A DNA stretch of 63,299 bases, filler included, from Kipferlia bialata (GCA_003568945.1; 7 parts of 6 records of this genome joined end to end with filler, not necessarily neighbours in it); one strand, 5' to 3'. Shown: positions 47,901 to 62,977, counted from the first letter of the whole stretch. Program-made: numbers and translations. Notes: generated by a model from the letters alone, not told the origin.

Positions 47901-50900
47901 GATAGAGAGAGAGTATACCTTGACAGGTCCAAAGTCCACAGAGGCCACACTGGCATGGTACTGGAGGGTGAGTGCTGAAATCCAGTAGAAACATACTCTG
48001 ACGCCATATAATGCTATATACACTGAATACATTGACGCTAGAATGGTACTGGGTGAGAGGGAGTGTGACTATGAATCGATAGACAATGTCAGCCATGAAT
48101 ACATGAATGAAACAAACTTGATTGTACTTATGTATATTCACTATTTGGATGTAGAACTACCAGAACAACATATACATAGATTGCATACATACCTGGTTGT
48201 ACATGGATGAGATGGCAGGCACAGTAATCTCCTCCCACATAAAAATATATATCATAGGATGTTACATATATGCATAGTACATGTGCATATATATGTATAT
48301 ATGCATATACCCACCTGGTTGTACATGGATGAACTGGCCGGCACTGTGAACACCTTGCAGGAGCCACAGTCACTCTGGGGGTGAGAGTGGAAATTACAAT
48401 ATATACCATCAAAAAATATGATACCCTCTACTCTACCTTAACCAATACGTGATACTCCCTATAGAGTGATACCACATCCAGCACAGTGTCATGCAGTATA
48501 TATAGCATGGAGCAGTACATATACCCTAATATATATATATATATATATATATAGTGTGTATCTACCTTTGCCAATACATGGTACTCTCTGTACAGTGACA
48601 CCACATCCAGCACTGTGTCATGTAGAATGGGGACATCCTTGGCCAGGGAGAGCTCACTGACACCCTCGGGGTCTGACTCTGCAGAATGAGACTGTGATAC
48701 ATTTATATACACAAGATATTTAGACTCAATATATACTATTATGGTAATAATACTTATAGAGAGCTCACTAACACCCTTTTAGTCTGTGTCTGATGTATTT
48801 GATGGTGTAAAGGAAAGAGTAAATACTGTATACACAACAATACTAACATATCTGATTCTGCAACATAACATATTTCCAGACACACCACAGACTTTCCATA
48901 GAAGCTATACACACCTCTCGCTTCAGCCAACTCAGCAGTACTTGGCGCCTTGATGACTGAGTGTGTGAACGGCTCATAGAAGGACAGGGGCACGGAGGGT
49001 AGGCGGGACTTCCTGAGGGGTGAGAGATACATCCAAACTACGATAATCATATATATACACATATATGAATATACCTTTTAACTGATCCCCCCCTGACCAG
49101 TCTGACCACACTCAGGAAGGCATATATACACACCAAATATAATGATTGTCTAGTATATAGACATATACATGTACAAACACATACCTTTTTACTGATCCCC
49201 CCCTGACCAGTCTGACCACACTCAGGAAGGCAGTACAGAGGGCACCAGAGTCTGTTAACATCACTGTCGTGAGATATATGCATACATACAGAATCTATAT
49301 ATGCATAATATAGTAGATGGATGATATACTCAAAAAGGCAGTGCACAGGGCACCAGAGTCAGTGAGCATCACTAGCGGTTAGAAACACGCACATATGTTA
49401 TGTACTATATATATAGAGAGAGAGAACTATAGTTATGATATACTCAGGAAGGCAGTGCACAGGGCACCGGCATCGGTAAGCATGACTGGGGATAGAGAGA
49501 TATGGGTGTACACATACTCTATATATTTTCTATTTAGGATTATACAAACTATACATACTATAACATTTCAAATGGACGCATCTTGGCCGTACCCATCATA
49601 ATGCCTCTGTCAACCACTCTCTCAGCCCCGGTCTCTCTCTCTGAACCATCTCTCTCCCCCTCTGTCTTTGAATGTGGGCTTGGACCACCTATCCTCTGTT
49701 TGACATCGGTCACACACCCAGCGCTGATATGAGATACACACATCAATATCAGATATAAATAATAACTATTATAATAATAACACATAATAATTATTATAAT
49801 AACTAATTATAATAACTATTATATGGACACACATTCATAACACATCCTCTGCTTGACATCGGTCACACACCCGGCACTGGAGGTAGAAACATAGATACAC
49901 ACATTGATATACTGAACTATTATACTAACATATCCTCTGCTTGACATCGGTCACACACCAGGCACTGGAGGTGAGAAGAAATATAATACATAATATATAT
50001 ATATTATATATATACTATATTTATTATATGGACACATAAATCATATGCTTGACATCGGTCACACACCCGGCACTGGTATGAGATGTAGAGTATGTGTCCA
50101 TGAACTCTATATACATGCATGCAGATAGGTATAATATGTATATTCTAGAGATGCATACCTTGTGACACACCCTGCAACTATAGTATCCCTATATACCTAT
50201 CATATCACAAGTGCGCATACTTATGTATATATATGTATATATATGAGTATATATTAGTATATATAGGTATATTTATATATACATATACTCTATACTGCAC
50301 ACCTTGTGACACACCCTGCACACAGCACCGATGCCTCTCTGTCCATGTCACCTCCCTAGTGGTGAGAGTATGATATATACGAAGATACTAAGTACAATAA
50401 CATATACATGTACTGATATACGATATATATGATAAATGGCACCGATGCCTCTCTGTCCATGTCACCTCCCTGGGGGTAAGAGTATATATACTATTATATT
50501 ATTAATTCTAGACTAATGAACATAGAAATTTATATATATATATATATATATATATACTGACATATAGCACCGATGCCTCTCTGTCCATGTCACCACCCTG
50601 GGGGTGAGAGTATGATATCCATATATAGAATGAGAGATTCATATACTGATGATATATGATATATATAGAGAGAGATGCATGTACTCATATACGATATTTG
50701 ATATTCCTCTATCCATGTCAGAGAGAGAAAGAGTTGCTATGTTGGTCAGGGTAGCGCATGAATAATAATAATCACCATCCTGGGTGTCAGAATAGTGATA
50801 CACCACTAAACGGCCAATATATGGATGTATATGCACATTATGTACTACCTGCATGTCCTCACATCCCCTCATAATATAACAAAGTATGTCATCTTAACCC

Positions 50901-53103
50901 GTGTGTATACCACTATAAGTACAAGTAATACAAATATCAATGATAGCATTACCTGCCCATCCCCACATCCATATATATTCTAGTATATATGAGAATTTAT
51001 ACCAGTATGAGTATAAGTTCATACATATATATGTACTCAATATATGTATATACATTACCTGCCCATCCCCGCATCCCCCAACACACCCAGGTAGAGAACT
51101 GCAACCAGGCTGGGGGTGAGGATACGCTGAAAGTAACTTGCAGCCTACAAAATACATCACATTGTTGAAGGAGAAATGAAAACTAAAGATCCAATGACAA
51201 ATACCCCGTCAAGCCTTGCCATGGTCCTCCCGACTGCCTTGGATCGGCACACAGACAGCCTGGAGATAAGCTTTCTAGGAAGATTGGATATATAGAAAGA
51301 AAGAGACTATCAAAGGATGTGAGCAAATAGTTATCAAACAGGAACAAAAGAAAGTAGACTGCAGCTTTCTTGGGGTGCGGCATAACACAAATCAGTATTT
51401 GCTTAATTATCAGAACAACATCTCATGATAGTGACTTCAGTAGAAATTCATATATGTATATGTATACTAACCTTGGGCTGGAGGTGTCCACCACATACAC
51501 CCCTATTGGTGATGTGACGAGTGCATAGATGTAATTATGTCACTATATAATAATACATATGTAAACATGAGTGTGTAGTGTAAAAGTAGGCCACAAGTAT
51601 ATACACATAGTGCTAACCTTGGGCTAGACGTGTCCACCACATACACCCCAACTGGTGATGTCACGAGTGCATAGATGGTGTGCTTAAGAGAGGTGAAGGA
51701 GTGCCTCTGGGTGACCCTAGGATAAGGTATATATAAGAGTATATACATACATACATTATTATGAAGAGAGAGAGTGTGTGCTTGAGGGAGGTGAAGGAGT
51801 GCCTCTGAGTAATTCTGACATCAGATACATATAGAAACAAATGTATACGTACGTATATATATAAAGAGAGAGAGTGCTTAGATGGTGTGTTTGAGAGAGG
51901 TGAAGGAGTGCCTCTGAGTAACTCTGGCATAATATATATATATATATATATATACTAATATATATATGGCGAATGAGAGAGAAAGAGACAGAGGAAGGAG
52001 TGCCTCTGGGTAACTCTGGTGTGAGATGTGTCTCATATATACGTAACTGAATGTACTAGAAGGAGAGAGTAGGGGATGGGGGTGAAATAGTGCATCTATG
52101 TCACCCGTAGTGAGACGTATGTATATATAGAGAAGTCTACCATATATATATATATACAGAGCCAGACATGAAGTCGAAAACAGTATACGAATATACATAC
52201 CTTACTGCAGGTAGGGACATGGATGCCAGCAAGGAGGGGAGATATGCATGAAGAGGGATAGAGAGAGAGAGAGAGAGAGAGAGAGGTGGTGGTTATGTAC
52301 TCTATATACCTCACTGCAGGGAGTGACATTGATGCCAGCAATGAGGGGAGCCTAGGCCCCACTCTGGAGACACAGACAAGGGCTGGGGTTAGTAAAGGTA
52401 CTAATAGTATGGGAATATATATACACTCATATATATAGTATACATCTATACATATATAGATATGTATTGGGATGGGAGTCTAGGCCCTACTCTAGAGACA
52501 CACACAAGGGCTGGGGTCAGAAAGGTAGTTAAATAGTATGCGCCAAACACACTCATATTAATACAAATATATACATACATAATGCAAAACTTCATTAATC
52601 ACTATACCTGCAGGTTTGAGTGTAGACGTACATATATGTATATATAGTTACATAGAGGACATACCTGCATGTTTGAGTGACCACACAGACACAGTCCCGT
52701 CTGCCATGACACACACCACTCTCAGGGAGACACTCTCTCCCTTCCTCTCTCTCTCCCCCACATCAGCCTCCTTCTCCCTCTCTCTCCGGCTAGACCCTTT
52801 CTGTGTCTGTGATTGTGTCTGGGGGAGAGGAGGAAGGGCACTGGTTGACTGCTCCCTGGGAGTCAGTAGATATATGTTTAGGGTAAGTATGTAAAGCATA
52901 ATCACAAAAACATAAACACATATAGAAGTATTTAGAGGTATATATATATAGGTATATATACATATATCACAATGAATATATGATACACGTATGCACACCT
53001 AGAGTGTGTGGGTGAGGGGTGTGGTGAGTTGGGCAGGGATGGCCTGGTCCTAGGGGCATGGGTAGATAAGGGGTCAGAGAACCTGTAGTTATTATGGGTG
53101 GGT

Positions 53104-53151
<48 letters not shown>

Positions 53152-53595
53152 TGGCATGATCCTAGGGGTAGTTTGGACACCATAAAATATATGTATATAT
53201 AATTATGTACATATTGAGAGAGATCGAGAGAGAAAGAGAAGAAGCCAGAGAGAGGCAGAGAAAGGGAGTGAGAGAAGAAGAAGAGAGAGAGGGAAAGACA
53301 TAGAGAGAGAGATGTATATACTCACATGGGCACTATGGACACCACAGGTGAGAGAGTATATATATACACGGGTGTATAAATATATATAAGGAGAGAGAGA
53401 GAAAAAAAGAGAGAGAGAGAGACTGACTCACATGGGCACTATGGACACCACAGGTGAGGGCAGCCCAGAGTGAGAGAGTATGAGTCTCTTGACAAGGTGG
53501 GTGGGATGGGGGGAAGCATCAGAAGGTGTTGTGTCAGGGCCTCTCTGCTCTGCCTCATACACCAGGATGGAGCCCTTCTCAGTGCCCACAAAGAC
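43350..53595 (-). CDS. Large multi-exon hypothetical protein, WD40/beta-propeller-like N-terminal region; 5' open at the contig edge, 3' end unresolved
   Basis: Exons encode VFVGTEKGSILVYE, VVCVMADGTVSVWSL and HTIYALVTSPVGVYVVD (WD-like strand/turn motifs), with a long exon at ~47030-47620 and acidic/helical exons toward the 3' end. Confidence 0.5.
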
Positions 53596-54117
53596 CTGGG
53601 ATGAATACAGACACAGATAATATAGATAGATAGAGAATATGTGTATATATAGAGAGGTGGGGGTATATCAGGATGAATCCCTTCTCAGTATCTACAAAGA
53701 CCTAGGATAAATAGAGACACACATATATAGTATAAATAGAGAGAGGGGGAGGAGAGAGAGAGAGAAAGAGAGTAGGAGCCCTAATTTGTACCCACAGATA
53801 CCTAGGATGAGTAGAGTAATTTATATATATACATAGAGAGAGAGAGAGAGTATACAACGAGGATGGAGCCGTTCTCAGTGTCTACAAAGACCTAGGGGGT
53901 AGAGACACACAAAGAGAGAGGGTGAGAGAGAGAGCATACCATAAAGAAAACAGTAGAGAGAGGTGGACGGGGGGGGGGGGGGGGGGGGGGGGGGCGTCAC
54001 ACCGGCAGAGANNNNNNNNNNNNNNNNNNNNNNNNNNNNNNNNNNNNNNNNNNNNTTAATTAATTAANNNNNNNNNNNNNNNNNNNNNNNNNNNNNNNNN
54101 NNNNNNNNNNNTCTTAC

Positions 54118-57100
54118 CTCTATAGCACTCGAATGCCTCTATGGATGCATACTCAAACATGTCATACAGACCACAGGTATGCACGGAGGGCCACTTGATG
54201 GCGGCACAGCCCTGAGGGTGTTAACAAGAGAGACACATAGAATGGGACATCGAGTAACATATGAACATATCGTACACTTATACACCCACACCCACCTCCC
54301 TAGCCATCTTGATGTCCAGCTCAGGCATCTGGTCTATGACACCACCTGAGTGTCAGTAAAATACAAACATCATGCCCTTGTCAACATGTCCCCAGGAGTG
54401 TCAGGGTATGTATTATGATCACTATACGCTGTACAGAGGTACCCACCTCTGTATGCCCCCATGACATCCTCGAGTAGGTCACGCTGGTCTGAAAGGTGAG
54501 GGTAGTGGGGGGGAGTCGGAGTAATGCTGAACGTGATGCATGATACCACATATCAGTGCATACCCACGTGTTCCAGCCACTCACGTGCTGCATTGTAACG
54601 CAGAGAGTCACCCTGGGGGTCAGTACTAACAGCTTGCCTAATATTATACTACAGTGGAAAGATGTCAGGGAACTTTAGGAGCACTCACCTGTGTCATCCA
54701 GCCCCCAAGGTCACCAGTACCCACACAGGCTAGCTGGGGGTGAGTACCATCAGATTGAAGAGACACCTTTCGACCCACAGATGCATAGCGATACCTGCCA
54801 CAGTATTCTATCCATATGTTAGGCTAAACATATACCATATACGAATTATGCATACCTGCCCCAGTATGTGTTCCATGCCCCCTGTCACCTCTGGATCTAC
54901 AGCCAGGGACAGGTACTGGGACTGGGCATCGGCAGAGCAGCCTGGGATTAGGAAAGAAGTAGCCTCTGAGTATGCGAAGACACACGGGATAGTGCGAGGT
55001 CAGAGAAGATACAGGTATCATCATTGGGACTGGGCATCGGCGGAGCAGCCTGGGGGTAGATTGATATACCATATACATCACTGTGTATGTATACATGTAT
55101 ATGATATATAGTATATGGGACTGGGCATCGGCAGCCTGAAAGTGAGGGACAGTAGCAGAGTACGAGACTGTAAAGAATTCACGGGATGACGCGCTCTCAG
55201 ACAATATGTAGTTAACACTATTCTTGTGACAAAAGTACCTGCTGTCATGACGCCCAGTCTGGACCAGGGCTGGGCCATGATGTGCTGGGGTCAGTGGAGA
55301 CAACATGAGGAGTGATACACCGTATATATACATGTATAGTATATATATGTACTATATACACTATTTACACAACATATACGATACACAATGACTGGGCCAT
55401 GATGTGCTGGGGCCAGTGTTCATAGTAGATAGCATCCTGAATGCATACACACATACTGTATAGTAAATATTCTATGGAGTCTATATTCAATGATTGGGAC
55501 ATGATGTGTTGGGGTCAGTTATGTCAGCACAGTCTGTCTAGAGTCACTGTATATGATCCTTGTCAGGCTATGGTATGTGAGCACTCTTCCATAGACACAC
55601 CTCTATCACTGATGCAACGTCTGTGGGTGCCTGTGCCCACAGGTCAAAGACACCCCCACTATTGTGCATGCCCCTGGGGGTTAGGTTATTAGAGTATATA
55701 TATATATAAATAATCATTTATATACATACGAGATAGAGGGGGAGAGACACCCCCACTCTTGTGCATGCCCCTGGGGGGTGAGGTTATTAGAGTATATATA
55801 CATATATATATACGTGTGTATACGAGATAGAGGGGAAGATATACCCCCGCTCTTGTGCATGCCCCTGGGGGGTTAGATAGGCAACACTCCATGTATTGAA
55901 AGTATATACACAATGAATATACAATGAGAGAGACACCTCCACTCTCTTGTGCATGCCCCTAGGAGGGTTAGGGAGAGAGACATGTGTAAACATAACTGGT
56001 GTACAGAGAGTGAAAGAGTACCACCCCCACCTGATGTCTATGGCCACTATACTATATGTATATACATCCACATACACATATATATACATATACAGAGAGA
56101 GAGAGATATATAGAGCCATCCCCACCTGATTTCCATGGCCCCTATAGTATATATATATATAGAGAGAGAGAGAGACAGAGAGAGAGAGACAGAGAGAGAT
56201 TAAAAGACATATATATCCCCACCTGATGTCCATGGCCACTATGTGCATGTCAGTCACAGCAGGGAAGATCTGGGTGTGAGTGTATCTCCATGGAGAGAAC
56301 AACCAGATAGGAGACAATCCTCTGTGAATGTCTCTGCAAATGTACATATACCTCTATACATATATATAATGTATGTAGCTATACACACACCTTCAAGTAG
56401 AATGGATCCAGCCTGTCCCCTGTGAATGTGTCTGCGTTGTAGGGTGTGATGATGAGTAGGACAGGGCGGGGGTCGGGGGACGCATCGTGTCTCTCTGAGG
56501 GGTGAGGAAGTGGAATATGCACACATACACACACACGTTACACGTGAGTATGCGTTAGATATATATACTGACACGTACGGTAGTGTAGGAGCACCCCATC
56601 GTCAGTCTCCACATAGAAGGAGAGGAGAGGGTCTTCCTCGTCATCAGGAGGGGGGAGGTCGTCATCGTCGTCCAGGATATCATCATCAAGGATATCGTCA
56701 TCGAGTATGTCATCGTCAAGGATATCGTCATCAAGGATATCGTCATCAAGGATATCGTCATCAAGGATATCGTCGTCAAGGATATCGTCATCCAAGTTAT
56801 CCCCTGGTATGTAGTCACACTCGGAATACTGGGGGTGAGAGACTAAGATAGAGACAAACCAAGAGGAAGGTAGAGAATAATTGGCGGGACAGGAGTAGGT
56901 TGATATCATCATCGAGTATATAGTCACACTCGTCATACTGGGGGTGGGACTCTATCTCATGATGAATGGGTACCTCATCTTTATAAGAAGAATATACATA
57001 TACATACACTGATAGGTCTAATACCTCTATGCCCCACATACACTCCATATCTGCTACCATATACATGGGTTGGTGTACAAAACGGAATGATATGAGTAGT

Positions 57101-58630
57101 GGACGTGACAAGCTTACCTCCATGCCGCACCTGTACCCCATGTCTGTGTCCATGGGTGTGCATACTAGACCAGGGTTGCATTGTACAGACAGGCCCTGGG
57201 TGAGGGGGATATCATTGACAACTATTGAAAGATATGGTGGGGGGGGATGAGGGTACTGCAAGGTTGCACTCGAGATACATACTCTAGGAGTGGTGCGTCT
57301 GAAGTATACAGGAGAGAGAGGTCGATAGATACTATACCTGCATGAAGTCCATTTCCACCACACTCTTGGGGACAGGTCCAGACAAAAAGGTGGTAGGACG
57401 CCAAATATATACAAATATATTGATATGTATAGTCTACACATGTATATCATACCTGCATAAATGGCATGTCCCCCACACTCTGAGGCACTGATCCAGACAG
57501 GTCATTGTGGGGGACAGAGAACTCACGCAGATACGTCATGTCTGGGTGAGAGAGGGAGAGACTAGTGGCATATGTATTGACAAAGGACACGAATACTATA
57601 TGCTATGGTATATATACTATACCTATGTATATACTCTATACCTGCCATACAAGATGGTATCTCCCCACTGTTACTGTTGTGTCCAGCATGGATGTACTGG
57701 ATATGCTCCATGGTACAGAGGCAGGGGGGGAGGGGGCCAGTCAGGCCTGGGGTGATATGCTGAAGATTCATAAACTAGATTACTGAAGAATCACATAACA
57801 AATTTATCACTAAGGTCACTTGGGGGGGGGGGGGGGGATAATCATACCCATATGAAGACACTAGGGAACATCTGCTACCTCAGCTCTGAAGTTCTTAAGA
57901 CTCCTCGTTTTCCCATACACAACTATATACTATATATACACCTGTATAGTATATACACACCTGCTCCCACCACTGTGAAGTACTTGAGACTGACTAGGTC
58001 GCAGAAAGAGTCAGGGAGGGGGGAGGAGAGGGCATTGTCAGACAGGGTCAGGGACTGAGGGTGAGGAGGGTCACATATATGGACACACACGGAGGAAGAG
58101 AGAGAATGGGGAGCAAATGTTCTCAGTGAGGATATATAGGAGTAAGGAGAGAAAAGAGTATAGAAGACGCTGGGGAGAGAGAGAGAGAAAGAGAGGCTAT
58201 TAATGTCTAACCTTCAGAAACTGCAGACACCCAATCTCCCCTGGTATCTCACCCCTGAGTCCCATACCACTTAGGTCTAGGCCTACCACAGAGTCAGTGC
58301 CAGGCAGACACGTGACACCGGACCTGGCGTGGGTATGAATGTCCACATTTGTTGAAGAGGGTCAGAGAGAGAGAGACACGCGGCTCCACTCTATTAGAGG
58401 CAAAGGTCAGCGAGAAGTGGGGGGGGGGAGAGAGAGAGACCAGTGACACAACAGTATAAGAATCACCGGGAGAGAGGGAGATAGACGATTAGCTTCGTGA
58501 CTACATACACTCACCATGAGCAGTGATGTGATGTTGGGTCAGACACGTCCCAGTTGTTGGCACCCCATGTGTCTCCATGGGTGGATGTGTACAGGGCAGA
58601 GAGGGCAGCGCGGTCAGAGACACCGTCACA
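54118..58630 (-). CDS. Leucine-rich-repeat protein with plant-type LRR N-cap, Cys-rich segments and acidic DDDIL repeat (likely extracellular/surface); partial
   Basis: Exons encode CDGVSDRAALSALYTSTHGDTWGANNWDVSDPTSHHCSW / GVTCLPGTDSVVGLDLSGMGLRGEIPGEIGCLQFLK / SLTLSDNALSSPLPDSFCDLVSLKYF, i.e. LRRNT_2 plus LxxLxLSxNxLxGxIP-type repeats. Confidence 0.8.
56660..56796 (-). repeat. Coding 15-bp tandem repeat encoding (DDDIL) x ~9
   Basis: GA(T/C)GACGATATCCTT units lie within a GT-AG-bounded exon (YSECDYIPGDNLDDDIL...DDDDDLPPPDDEEDP). Confidence 0.9.
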
Positions 58631-59107
58631 CTGGTGGGGTGAGAAGGGAGGAGAGAGAGTGGGAGAGAGACAGAGGGCTCAGGGCACCCCAATCAGACAC
58701 ACTGGGGGGGGGGGGGGGGGGGGGGACCGGGGGACCCCGGGGNNNNNNNNNNNNNNNNNNNNNNNNNNNNNNNNNNNNNNNNNNNNTTAATTAATTAANN
58801 NNNNNNNNNNNNNNNNNNNNNNNNNNNNNNNNNNNNNNNNNNTTTTAAACCGTAAAAATCACACCCCCCCCCCCCCCCCCCCTTATCTCTCTCTTTCTAA
58901 CCCTCTCTCTCCGTCTCCTTCTCTGACACCTAGCCATGACCACTGTGACCACCACATCTCTCTCTCTCACACACACACACACTCTAATACCTAGCTATGA
59001 CCACATACTTCCTCTCCCCCTTTCTCTCTACGTGTCTCTCTTCCTTTTCCTCTCTCTCTTATCCCTATCCCTCTCTGATGTATCTCTAGTATGTCTCTTA
59101 TCCCTAG

Positions 59108-59435
59108 CCATGACCACTGTGACCACTCCCACCACCTGGACTCTGTGGTGCAGTGGCTCAAGGACAGACAGGTAGATATATATATATATCACATTTGAAT
59201 ATACATTCTTGGTGCGGTGTAGATGCATCGCTCAGGTATGTGTACATATAGGAGTATCACATTTGCATCCATCTGTGTGTGTATAATTCATGTATTTGCA
59301 TGTGTATTCGTTATATATTACGTATAAGTATATATATATATATGTCTCCTCTCACTGTGTCTCATACCCAGCATGATGTGCACCTGAAGGATGCCATGCT
59401 CAACACAAGTGACAAGGTATCAATGTATCTATCTC

Positions 59436-59470
<35 letters not shown>

Positions 59471-62400
59471 ATCAACGTATATATATATATGGTTCCAAAG
59501 GATGCATCAACACAAGTGACAAGGTATCAATCAACGCAACACCAAATATCTTCTCTGACTCGTTGTGTATCCATTATGACTGTTTCTCTCCCCCCCCTCT
59601 CTCTCTTTCTTGTTCCAGACTGGCACACCAGTGTCTCTTACTGAAATGCCGCACTTCTCTGACAATCACTGTGTCAATATGTGTATACTTCACCCTCTAT
59701 CTATTTCTGACAATTACCATATACCTGTGATGCCATGCCTGGACCCTGTCACTAGATGCCTTCACATCCGTGACATACACTGTGTCAATGTTTGTATACT
59801 GATGTTTCTCTTCATATATGATATTTCATATTCCAGGCCGATACATCAGTATCCCTTGGTGCATTCACATCCTTGACAGACACAGTATTAATATGCGTAT
59901 ACTCCTACCTCTATCTGTATCTGAGTATTACCATATGTCTGACACTAGGCCGGGACACCAGTATCCCTTGATTCCTTCTCTGCCTTGACAGACTCAGTGT
60001 CAGACTGGGCAGACAGAGTGGTGTCAAGTGCAGATCACAGGGGAGAGACTAGGGTTCTGAGGCTTGGCCGTGAAAGGAGGTACATGTATATATATATATA
60101 TATATGTATATACTCATATTCATATTTGTGTGGGTGTCAGACTGTGACAGACAGGGTGGAGCCAGTGATGATCATATAGGAGAGACTAGGGTTACTATTT
60201 GACAACGCCTTGGGTATTGAATAGTTCAATACACTATAATTACTGTCTGGTATATATACATATCTGTGTGATATAGTGATTATACTTGTATTGTGTCTCT
60301 CACCTCCTTCACCCTAGTGGCACTGCATGTGAGCTTCGTGTGCATGTACCAAGTGAGTATGTGCCAGAGAAGGGGTACTGGGACATCAATCAGGTTTGTG
60401 TCGCCCATACACAAACACATACAAGACACATACCTCTATCAATATTCATGTTCAACACAATCTGTGTTACTGCTTGACTGACTCCTCTCTCTCCTTCCTT
60501 TGTAGGATATATATACATTTGGAATGTGAATATCTTTTGCGTTGCTCGTCATATATATACTGACTCCCCTAGGAGTCTCTCTCCTTCCTGTTGCACATTG
60601 AGTCCGAGGCTACAGCCTCCTGTGGACACATTCTGATGCCATCAGACGCATACATGGCAGGTACATATAGATAAATACATATTTGTTGCTATTTTAATCT
60701 ACATGGCAGGTATATATACTGCTAAGGAAGTGTTCTCTCTATATACTCATTGTATTGTACAGTTTTCTGTAACACCTCCTGATGCCATCAGACGCATACA
60801 TGGCAGGTATATATATATATATATTTGTATATATATGTATATATGAATGTGTATGTATCTGCCTACATTTGGTAAGGAAGTGTACTATCTGTGCGTACTA
60901 TTATATACTGAATATGCTGATGCCATCTGATGCATACATGGAAGGTATATATATCGGTTAAGGAAGTGCTCTATCTATATACTCAGTGTATTGTATAGTT
61001 TTCTGTAACACATCCTGATGCCATCAGACGCATACATGGCAAGTATGATGCTTCGCTGTTGCAATGCTACTATATATATCCCTGATACACTGCATCTGTA
61101 AGATAGGACATCCGACACATACAAGGCAGGTATATATAATCGCTACTATATGTGCACACTATATACCGTTGTACTATGTATGTGGGATATTCTGGAATCT
61201 GGGGCTGGTGGATAGGAACACAACATCGTTGCGCTCACCATATATATATGGATCTGACCAGTCAGTGACACAGCATGTAATCAGATTATAGTTCAGTGAC
61301 TTGTGTTTGTGTCTTTGAACATAAGTCACAGTGTTTCCGTCTCTATTCATTTGCTGTCTCACCGGTCAGTGTGGCACAGCTTGTACACAGAGTATCTGGC
61401 AGAGCACCCAGAGTCACAGTGCGTGCTGTTCAAGGTATACTCAGTATCAAGCAGTACTATATACTCTAACCAGTTATGACGTTCAAGGTATCACCCTCCT
61501 ATTATCTGCTGCTGTTGCTTGTGTCACTACTATAATATGCTCTACCTGGTTATACATCAATGTGCTTCAACACCACACTCCATACAATTCTCGACTTACA
61601 ATTCTTTTACTCTCACTCAGACCACCCACCACGGGTCTCTGCCCAACAAGCACCTCCCAGACCCAATGACAATCATTCCACAGATGGTGAGTACATAATT
61701 TACATAATAATCTACGTATTGTTGAGTACTCCACACGTATATATATATGTCCTCGGATAACGCCCTTGGTTCTAAATCTCTGATTTATCAGGAGGTGACA
61801 CCCCAACGGATCCTGGTCACAGGATACATCCACGGGAAGTGCGTCCAATAGTACCCATATCTACTGGATATACTTCACCATACTAGACACTGCTTGATTG
61901 AAATGCGTGTGATGTATCCCTAACCCAGGTATGGACGCATGACCCAGGATGCCACCGCTCTAGCACTGTCTCGCTATGCCATGGAACACCCCGAAACAGA
62001 GTGCATATACCAGGTATCGTGTATCATTCTCTTCCTCTTAATTGATACATCTTTCCTACACGGTCCTCTGACACAAGTGGCTCAGCAGGGGCGCTGTCAG
62101 TTCTGACCATACCACTCTCTATGGAGACAGTATGCACAGGGTAGAGGGTGTGTATGTCACAGATGCACCTGTTGATGCTGCATCACTGGAAGAGTACAGG
62201 TGTGAGGTTGGGGTCAATGAGTCTGGTGCATTCAGGGTAGTGGACTCTGGCCAAAAGAGAGGCCTAATCCTCTCAGACCGAGGAATGGACTATGGCTGCC
62301 AGGTACTGTACATGTTCTAGACCATGATATCCTTCATATTCCCTTCTCTTATTACAACATCACTGCTCCATGTCTAACTTGCCAGGCCAAGTACCTGGAG

Positions 62401-62977
62401 GATCCGTCCGCAGATATTCAGGTGCTACTTCTACTTGGTCCTCTGAGAAGCATTGCTCTGTAAGTGATTCTTTTTCTTGTGTACTACCATGAATAGTTAG
62501 TTCAGTCGGCATCCTGAGTCAGTTCCGTTTTGTCGTTCTCATCTTAGGTCCTAACAGAGGCTGCTCTCGAGCATCTAGTGGAGGTCCACATTGTCTACAG
62601 GTACATCCGTATCGGTCACATCGTTCTACTGTCTAGATATGAAGTCTCACAACCACAGAAACAAGCCCAAGCCGGTCTGGAAGCCACGCACACCCACACC
62701 TTCAACACCAACACCATCTGGAAAATCTGACATTTCTACTCCAGATGCCAAGCAGAAGCTCACCATCACTACGACACCCAACACGCCCTCTGGTTCCTCC
62801 CGTCTCAGACACCCACCCAAGTTTGTCTCGCCTGTCTCCTCTCGAGTTCCGAGGGTGCCGAGCAAAACTCCAACTGGTCTCTCGGCCCTGGTTGTCGTTC
62901 CTGTGGGCATAGTTGTACTGACTGCGGCTGTCGGTGTTCTTCGGGCCTTCCGTCGTGTGAAGAAGGCCCACAAATAG
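59108..62977 (+). CDS. Multi-exon hypothetical protein with C-terminal transmembrane tail anchor; 5' partial
   Basis: Open exons (HDHCDHSHHLDSVVQWLKDRQ; ELRVHVPSEYVPEKGYWDINQ; MHRVEGVYVTDAPVDAASLEEYRCEV). The last exon is P/T/S-rich, then LSALVVVPVGIVVLTAAVGVL-RAFRRVKKAHK*. Confidence 0.6.

Noticed and set aside
43306..54011. Numerous 60-130 aa Y/I-rich or L/S-rich ORFs here and throughout the window
   Set aside because: They are translations of (TA)n/(GA)n intronic microsatellites, not genes.
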